IMG/VR virus record: IMGVR_UViG_3300033076_000972
Span: 1 to 43,328 of that record
From: a virus
Taxonomy: Duplodnaviria; Heunggongvirae; Uroviricota; Caudoviricetes
Strand: one strand, 5' to 3'
Length of the DNA: 43,328 nt
Program-made: the position numbers and the translations under genes
Part shown: piece by piece, positions 37,238-43,328 of the stretch
Position numbering within the stretch: the stretch's first letter is position 1
Layout of the letters: every line of letters begins with the position of its first letter
Notes under the pieces: generated by a model
What the model was told of the DNA's origin: nothing
Seen by the model: only the letters and a program-made list of their open reading frames with translations
Databases searched by the model: none

Positions 37238-39138
37238 TATGGTGCTGGTATTAACGTTGCTGTAAAACCTCCACTTGGTATGACGCATGAACCATCAGGG
37301 CAGTTGAAGTTAAACAGGCTAAATTTATTTTTTAATATTCTATAATTATGTTGTACTTGTGCGGAACCTAAAGGCTCAACATACATTCTGAACTCAGATA
37401 TTCCACCCATAAATGTTCCACCAAAATTTTGTTCTAATAATATATTTGTGGTAAGTCCTGATAAACTTGTCCCACTTAATGTGTTATCACACATAACTTC
37501 AGGGTCTTGAATATACGGACCTGTTGCACCACTACAACCACTAAACGTTAAAGACTCTCTTAGTCCAAAAGTTCCCCCACCCCACGATATATTAAATGGA
37601 ACACCAATTTGTTTTTCTTTAACATCATTTAATTCTCTTGGAATAATTTCTTCAAAGTTTTCAACTGTCATAAACAATTTACCATTAACAAAAAACTTTA
37701 ACTTACCCAATCTATATTCTCTTTGGTCTAACCATTTTCTGTTTAATTGTATAGTTTCAACTTTACTTGGATATGTATTACCCGAATGTGTTGCTGGCGG
37801 TTCAATCAACGATACACTATTGTCATAAGTTGTTGCGGTGTAATGCATTTGGCGAATATCACCCAAACCACCCATGTTCAACAAATAACAATCATCCCAA
37901 GTAATATTTCTTTCAAAAACAACATCTAACATTACCCATTTTTCAATACCCGTTGAACCTGTTGAACAAACATCATAAATTCCATCAGTTGAGCATATTT
38001 CAGTGATGGTATATCCCGATTCAAATGTTAAACCTGTTGTTTCACAAGAACCTGTTGTAACACAACTACCTGTCAATAATAAAAATTTAACACATAAATG
38101 AGGATTTGATGGGTCACCGTCAAATCTCAATGATAACGCATTTGAAAATACATCGTTTTCAGGGTTATGGTCTTGTTGAATAACTGTTGTTGTACGGCAG
38201 TTTTGAGTTATGGTAAATGCTGAAGACGGATATAAACTATAACAATCTGAATTTGTAATAGCGGTATTTGTGCAAGCACATGTACCAACACAATTAGTTA
38301 ATCCCGATGTAACTCTTGTGTAACCCGAAAAGGTATCAGCGGTACCGGCAGCATAATGATAAAATTTATTTTCAGCCCTGGCACCCATAAAAAAGAAAGT
38401 ACCCGAATTTTCAGTATAAATGTTATTTAAATATGTTTGGCCAGATGATGGTGAATATTCATCAACCAATCTTGGTTTTAACATCATTTCTACTGTCCAT
38501 CCTTTGTGCATTCTTTCAGGTAAAACTTCATAATCATACCCATATAACTTATAAAAACCTTGTAAATATCCACCATATAATTCATAATACTGTCCAATAG
38601 TTGTTGCAGTTTTAGTAACAATATTATACAATGTTTGTGCGGTAATTCCTGAAAATCTTGTGTTTGGACTTTGTGTGTAACCTGTTACAGGTCTCATTTT
38701 AAATCTTCTATCGTAATGTAATGGGTCAAACTTATAATCATTTCTAATACCCATTGAATAGTATAATGTCTGTCCTGTCATTTCAGTAACAAGTCCATTA
38801 TCAATTCCAGTTAATCCAACATCACACGCTCCTGTAAATGCACTGTAACAAGTATCATTTAACGGATTTATATTATAATTGTTTAAAGAAACAATTGTGT
38901 TACCTGAAAAATAATCACCATACGAATAAGATAAGTTTTGTGAACAACCACTATTTGATAATTCAATTGAGATTGGTAGTCGATTACCATCATTATATCC
39001 AATTAAATAAGGTGAATAAATAACCTCTTGGTCGTACTGTTTTTCATCGGCAACAAGAAAAAAATCAGTATATGAACTGTCGTCAGCTCTTAAATCTAAT
39101 CTATTAAAATAATAGTTATTTATGTTCTGTGTTGCCAT
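37237..39138 (-). CDS. Cys-rich virion-type protein with a LamG-like fold
   Basis: 633 aa containing GWTVEMMLKP, LKFFVNGKL and FMGGISEFRMYVEPL. Preceded by TATTTAT. Confidence 0.6.
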   Translation of the reverse strand: MATQNINNYYFNRLDLRADDSSYTDFFLVADEKQYDQEVIYSPYLIGYNDGNRLPISIELSNSGCSQNLSYSYGDYFSGNTIVSLNNYNINPLNDTCYSAFTGACDVGLTGIDNGLVTEMTGQTLYYSMGIRNDYKFDPLHYDRRFKMRPVTGYTQSPNTRFSGITAQTLYNIVTKTATTIGQYYELYGGYLQGFYKLYGYDYEVLPERMHKGWTVEMMLKPRLVDEYSPSSGQTYLNNIYTENSGTFFFMGARAENKFYHYAAGTADTFSGYTRVTSGLTNCVGTCACTNTAITNSDCYSLYPSSAFTITQNCRTTTVIQQDHNPENDVFSNALSLRFDGDPSNPHLCVKFLLLTGSCVTTGSCETTGLTFESGYTITEICSTDGIYDVCSTGSTGIEKWVMLDVVFERNITWDDCYLLNMGGLGDIRQMHYTATTYDNSVSLIEPPATHSGNTYPSKVETIQLNRKWLDQREYRLGKLKFFVNGKLFMTVENFEEIIPRELNDVKEKQIGVPFNISWGGGTFGLRESLTFSGCSGATGPYIQDPEVMCDNTLSGTSLSGLTTNILLEQNFGGTFMGGISEFRMYVEPLGSAQVQHNYRILKNKFSLFNFNCPDGSCVIPSGGFTATLIPAP

Positions 39139-39145
39139 TTAATAG

Positions 39146-39171
39146 ATAAATACAAACAATATGGTATTTAT
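39146..39171. promoter_or_regulatory. Back-to-back pair of putative late-gene motifs (TATTTAT) driving divergent operons
   Basis: ATAAATA at 39146-39152 (minus-strand TATTTAT, 7 nt before the ATG at 39138) and TATTTAT at 39165-39171 (before the ATG at 39189). Confidence 0.6.
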
Positions 39172-39188
39172 AGATAAACTGTTTGAAT

Positions 39189-39899
39189 ATGTCTGAACAT
39201 AAATATAAAACAAAAAAGGAAGCTTTAGACGCCGCTGAAAAACTTGGTTGTCTTGGATATCACAAAATGGGTGATGATTCATATATGCCGTGTAAATCAC
39301 ACGAAAGATTTAAAAAATTAAATACAACAAAAAAATCTGAAGAACCCGAAGGTGAGCTTGAGGAATTTGTGGATGCTGATGGAACAATGTTAAATTCTAA
39401 AATTCCAATCTTGGACCCAGCGTTACACCCAAGAAAAACTATGGACCAAACAGTTGCAGCCGCAAGAAACGTATATGACATTTTTAGAATGGGTTATAGA
39501 AGATATTTTTCAGAAACTGATATGTCAAAAGCGTTTGGGTATGATGAAACAAAATTCATGAACGCCAAAGAAACTATAAAGTATTTGGAAAAAGAATTAG
39601 GATTAGATTCTGAAGATGCTGAAGATAGAGCGGAAGAAATGGGTAAAAAACCTAAAATGGATAGAAAATCAGAATTCAAAGATAAAAAGAATTTTGTAAA
39701 TCGTGGTGTTTTAGCCGAAAAAGATGTTGATGATGTTAAAGAAGAAATTGTAACAAAAAAATCAGATGACCATGAAATTACTGAAAAAATGAAAACAAGT
39801 TCTAAAGTAATTTCAAGAAATGTTCAAGCACTTAAAAAACAAGCTGAAAAAGAAGGTATATCCATAAACGATTTAATAAAAATGTTGAAAAGTGAATAA
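39189..39899 (+). CDS. Hypothetical acidic protein with an N-terminal Cys/His motif
   Basis: Contains AAEKLGCLGYHKMGDDSYMPCKSHE. ATG at 39189 follows TATTTAT at 39165-39171. Confidence 0.7.
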   Translation: MSEHKYKTKKEALDAAEKLGCLGYHKMGDDSYMPCKSHERFKKLNTTKKSEEPEGELEEFVDADGTMLNSKIPILDPALHPRKTMDQTVAAARNVYDIFRMGYRRYFSETDMSKAFGYDETKFMNAKETIKYLEKELGLDSEDAEDRAEEMGKKPKMDRKSEFKDKKNFVNRGVLAEKDVDDVKEEIVTKKSDDHEITEKMKTSSKVISRNVQALKKQAEKEGISINDLIKMLKSE

Positions 39900-40353
39900 A
39901 GACCTGTATGGTAAGGAATATGAGATTCCACCGCATTTATTAAATATTATTGCAAAAGGTTTATCTAAGTACTCAAATCAAAGTACTGAAAATGTTAAAC
40001 GTGCACAAGATTTAATATCAACAGGTAAAGCGACGTATCAACAATTAAAAAGAATAAAAAACTGGTTTGAATCAAACTCAAATACATCAAATCCTGAATT
40101 TCATCTTTTAGGTGGAGGAGCGTTTAAAGGATGGGTTGACCAAACTTTAAATTCTGATAGAGGAGCTATTGATTTATCCAAAAAAGCTAAGAGTGTTGCA
40201 ATGTCAAATCAATACAGTGACGAACACGAAAAAAACAATGACTTGAGAAAAGATTTTAGACCAAGTCAATCACATAAAAAAAGTGGACATAAAATAACAG
40301 GTGTTCACGAAGAAATTGAAAGAATAAACGCATGGTTTAAACTATTAATATAA
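39892..40353 (+). CDS. Hypothetical protein (resembles a domain seen in phage head-morphogenesis proteins)
   Basis: GTG start overlapping the upstream stop. RAQDL...TYQQLKRIKNWF...LLGG...GWV pattern. Confidence 0.55.
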   Translation: MNKDLYGKEYEIPPHLLNIIAKGLSKYSNQSTENVKRAQDLISTGKATYQQLKRIKNWFESNSNTSNPEFHLLGGGAFKGWVDQTLNSDRGAIDLSKKAKSVAMSNQYSDEHEKNNDLRKDFRPSQSHKKSGHKITGVHEEIERINAWFKLLI

Positions 40354-40658
40354 TGAGCACACAAAACGATAAATTAGACTTTTCACAGCCAGCTGGTGAT
40401 AATAATCAACTGAGTTTTTATGCTGAACAACAAAGGTCAAAATTATTTCCAAGAAATGATTTTAACTATAAAAACCCATATGGTCCAACAAATAAAGATG
40501 CATTAGCAGATGGTGATGGAATGGGTAGAGGTACTGGTGGATTTTTAGATGTTAACAATGATAAAATTGGTAACAGTGCTGATATTATGGATAGAGTAGA
40601 TAATATCAAAATAAATAAATACAACTATAAAACTCCTTACACAACACCAACACCATAA
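40353..40658 (+). CDS. Hypothetical protein
   Basis: 101 aa, TAATG-coupled on both sides. Confidence 0.7.
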   Translation: MSTQNDKLDFSQPAGDNNQLSFYAEQQRSKLFPRNDFNYKNPYGPTNKDALADGDGMGRGTGGFLDVNNDKIGNSADIMDRVDNIKINKYNYKTPYTTPTP

Positions 40659-41065
40659 TGAAACTTTTTTCATCATTTAAAGAAGTATTAACAGAAGCAG
40701 TGTCTTTTGATGACTTACAAAGAGCCATCAAGAACCTTGATGTTATTACAATTACTTATGATGGTGACGAACCAGGTGGTAAAGGTTATCGAACTGTTTA
40801 TCCTGTATGTTTAGGTAGGTCAAAAGCCGGTAATTTAGTTTTAAGGGCTTATGATATTGAAGGAGCGTCTCATAGAGCGGCTTTAGGTTTAAAACCATTA
40901 CCTAGTTGGAGAATGTTTAGAATTGATAAAACATTTACTTTTAATAGAACTGGTGAGAAATTTAGTGAACTACCTGTTGACTATAACCCAAATGGTGATA
41001 AATCTATGGTACAAGTTTACATAAACGCAAAAGTAGGTCAAACACCTGAAGAAATAATAGCATAA
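40658..41065 (+). CDS. Stand-alone WYL-like domain protein
   Basis: ITITY...RTVYPVCLG...GNLVLRAYD...WRMFRIDK matches the WYL-domain pattern. No HTH domain is present. Confidence 0.65.
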   Translation: MKLFSSFKEVLTEAVSFDDLQRAIKNLDVITITYDGDEPGGKGYRTVYPVCLGRSKAGNLVLRAYDIEGASHRAALGLKPLPSWRMFRIDKTFTFNRTGEKFSELPVDYNPNGDKSMVQVYINAKVGQTPEEIIA

Positions 41066-41066
41066 T

Positions 41067-41660
41067 ATGAGTAACGATTTAATGACTAAATTAGCCATTT
41101 CCAAAAAAATAATGGATAGGCACCAAGAAATCCCAAGAGGTACTGCTAGTGGTACTGCAACATATAATACACCTATGGTAGAAAATTATGAAGCACCACC
41201 AGCAAATTATAATATACCACAAGAATTTGTATCAGAATCACTTTCTGAAGTTAAACAGCCCGAAATTCCAACACAGGATAGAATATTAAATTCTAAACTT
41301 CCTGATGAAATTAAACAACTAATGATTGAAAACCCAATTGCACAGGTTAATTTACCTGGCACCACAAATGTTTTATCTAATGAAATTATTGAAGGTGCTC
41401 AAAAATTAATGGGTACATCACCAAAAAAACAATCTCAAGGACAACCTCAAGGACAAAATGTCTCCGGTATTGATATGAATATGTTAAAAACTATGATAAG
41501 AGACACTGTTAGGGATACCGTTAGAGATGTTGTAAGAGAAGAGCTTTCTAAGTCAGGTATGATTGTTGAAAACGAACAAAAGGCTAATGAACAGTTAACT
41601 TTAAAAGTTGGAAAACATATTTTTGAGGGTAAGGTTACTAAAATTAAAAAGATAGAATAA
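41067..41660 (+). CDS. Hypothetical protein
   Basis: 197 aa continuing the operon, with a repeated IRDTVRDTVRDVVREE segment. Confidence 0.7.
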   Translation: MSNDLMTKLAISKKIMDRHQEIPRGTASGTATYNTPMVENYEAPPANYNIPQEFVSESLSEVKQPEIPTQDRILNSKLPDEIKQLMIENPIAQVNLPGTTNVLSNEIIEGAQKLMGTSPKKQSQGQPQGQNVSGIDMNMLKTMIRDTVRDTVRDVVREELSKSGMIVENEQKANEQLTLKVGKHIFEGKVTKIKKIE

Positions 41661-41663
41661 GGT

Positions 41664-41691
41664 TTGATTATTTGATTAATATTTCTATATT
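41664..41691 (+). promoter_or_regulatory. Putative early/middle promoter TTGATT-N16-TATATT
   Basis: Same architecture as the SSB promoter, 17 nt upstream of the glycosyltransferase ATG. Confidence 0.55.
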
Positions 41692-41708
41692 TTAAGAAAT
41701 ATTAACTT

Positions 41709-42920
41709 ATGTCAAAGATTAAAATACTAGTGTTACCATCCGATAGAACAGGAGTTGGTAAGTTTCGTTCAATTGAACCTCACATTTTTTTACAAAATAA
41801 ATACCCTGAAGATTTTCACGTAGACATTGATTTTGAACCAAAAATGGATGATATATCCTATTGGACAAAATACGATATGGTATGTTTCCATAGAAGTCTA
41901 AACGCTGACTACGATAAATCAAATACATTAATTCAAGTTTTAAACAGTTTGGGAATTATAACTGTAATGGACTTAGATGATTATTGGTTACCTACTAAGG
42001 AACATCCTGCATATCATTTGGTAAACCAACATAAAATACATGAAAAGATTATAGCAAATTTAAAAGTTGCAAAATACGTAACAACAACAACATCTATTTT
42101 TGCTGATGAAATAAAAAGGTTAAATAAAAATGTTTTTGTTTTACCAAACTCTATTAACCCAAATGAATCTCAATTCATGGAACCAACTAAACCATCAGAT
42201 AAATTAAGATTTGGATGGTTAGGTGGTTCATCTCACTTACACGATTTAGGTTTAATGAAAGGTTTTACAGATGCCTTAGGTCAAGAACTTAGAGATAAGT
42301 CACAAATATTCCTTTGCGGATTTGATACAAGAGGTACAATGACTGAAATTAACGCTCAAACAGGTGAACAAAAACAAAGAGCTATTTTACCACAAGAAAC
42401 TGTGTGGGCAAGATATGAAGAAATTTTTACAAAAAATTATGAATTTACCACACCTGAATATAAAGATTATTTATTAAAATTTAGACAAGAGTCTTGGAAT
42501 GGTGATGAACAATTTTATAATCGAGTTTGGACAGAACCTGTTACGTCATACGCTAAAAATTACGCAAAATTTGACGTTTCGTTAGCACCAATTATGAATC
42601 ACGTATTTAATCGTGTAAAATCACAATTAAAAGTAATTGAAGCGGGTTTTTATAAAAAGGCTATTATCGCTTCTAATGTCGGACCATATACAATTGACTT
42701 GAAACATTCATTACAAAATGGTAATTTTGTTGACGGAAATGCAATTTTAATTGATGAAAAAAGAAATCACTCTGATTGGACAAAAGCTATGAAAAAATTA
42801 ATCAATAACCCATCTTGGGCTGTTGATTTGGGTGAAAGATTATATGAAACAGTTAAAGACAAATACGACTTAAATATTGTAACCGACCATAGAGCACAAC
42901 TTTATAAATCATTCAAATAA
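41709..42920 (+). CDS. GT-B fold glycosyltransferase (GT4-like)
   Basis: Contains DRTGVGKFR, MDLDDYW, FGWLGGSSH and DVSLAP...KSQLKVIEAG...IIASNVGPY. Confidence 0.85.
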   Translation: MSKIKILVLPSDRTGVGKFRSIEPHIFLQNKYPEDFHVDIDFEPKMDDISYWTKYDMVCFHRSLNADYDKSNTLIQVLNSLGIITVMDLDDYWLPTKEHPAYHLVNQHKIHEKIIANLKVAKYVTTTTSIFADEIKRLNKNVFVLPNSINPNESQFMEPTKPSDKLRFGWLGGSSHLHDLGLMKGFTDALGQELRDKSQIFLCGFDTRGTMTEINAQTGEQKQRAILPQETVWARYEEIFTKNYEFTTPEYKDYLLKFRQESWNGDEQFYNRVWTEPVTSYAKNYAKFDVSLAPIMNHVFNRVKSQLKVIEAGFYKKAIIASNVGPYTIDLKHSLQNGNFVDGNAILIDEKRNHSDWTKAMKKLINNPSWAVDLGERLYETVKDKYDLNIVTDHRAQLYKSFK

Positions 42921-42921
42921 T

Positions 42922-43328
42922 ATGTTACCATATCCTAAAACAAAATTGTTATTTTTTGACTTGGAAACCGTTGGTGGTTATCCAACATTGTCAGAATTTG
43001 AAAAAAATAATCCTGAACTTCATAAGGTTTTTATGAAGTATCAAGATTGGTTTATAAAAAAATTTCCTGAGGACAAAGACAAAACTCCTGAAGAAATTTA
43101 TGAGACAAGAGCCGCTTTGGTTCCTGAATTTGCTAAAATTGTTGTTGCAAGTTTTGCATTTATTTCACCTGATGGAAAAATGCAAATGCAGACATTTGCG
43201 TTAGATGATGAGAAACAATTATTAAAGAATGTAATTCAACTTTTAAATAAAGTTCACAAACTAAACTTCTTTATGTGTGGCCACAACATTAAAGGTTTTG
43301 ATATTCCAATGCTGGCAAAAAGAATGAT
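42922..43328 (+). CDS. DEDD 3'-5' exonuclease (PolB-exo-like, stand-alone), truncated by the window end
   Basis: Hand-translated MLPYPKTKLLFFDLETVGG...AALVPEFAKIV...CGHNIKGFDIPMLAKRM, showing ExoI and ExoII motifs. Confidence 0.8.
   Translation, partial: MLPYPKTKLLFFDLETVGGYPTLSEFEKNNPELHKVFMKYQDWFIKKFPEDKDKTPEEIYETRAALVPEFAKIVVASFAFISPDGKMQMQTFALDDEKQLLKNVIQLLNKVHKLNFFMCGHNIKGFDIPMLAKRM

Noticed and set aside
1-43328. Stop-codon reassignment, as seen in some large phages
   Set aside because: Long genes are intact in the standard code and TGA terminates genes normally (e.g. PolB, SOD fusion). No fragmentation pattern suggests recoding.

Overview
This is a 43 kb, AT-rich segment of a large T4-like contractile-tailed (myo) phage genome, probably a jumbo phage, read in the standard genetic code. 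The minus strand carries a tail module: sheath, tube, chaperone pair, tape measure, tube-initiator/baseplate proteins, a gp53/LysM-like protein and a giant hub. Neck and tail-completion genes (gp13/14/15-like) and replication genes (gp32-like SSB, the start of a probable RecA/UvsX, SNF2 helicase, family B polymerase, DEDD exonuclease) are interleaved with it. The window also holds a cluster of Thr/Pro-rich lectin-domain proteins, an operon of small unknown genes including a WYL-like protein, and a GT-B glycosyltransferase. All product calls come from motif recognition and synteny, not database searches. Most notable observations: (1) a candidate +1 programmed frameshift (UUU_UUU_CGU_C) in the tail chaperone pair; (2) a Mn-type superoxide dismutase fused to a PD-(D/E)xK-like domain, with possible protease sites separating the domains; (3) enzymes and small proteins carrying [ILV]-x-E propeptide-like leaders, suggesting head-packaged cargo; (4) an adhesin/lectin cluster sharing a ~50-aa N-terminal module that is also encoded as an unannotated stand-alone 55-aa gene; (5) two promoter classes, TATTTAT before virion genes and TTGATW-N16/17-TATAWT before replication genes. 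No tRNA, rRNA, CRISPR array or mobile element was recognised.
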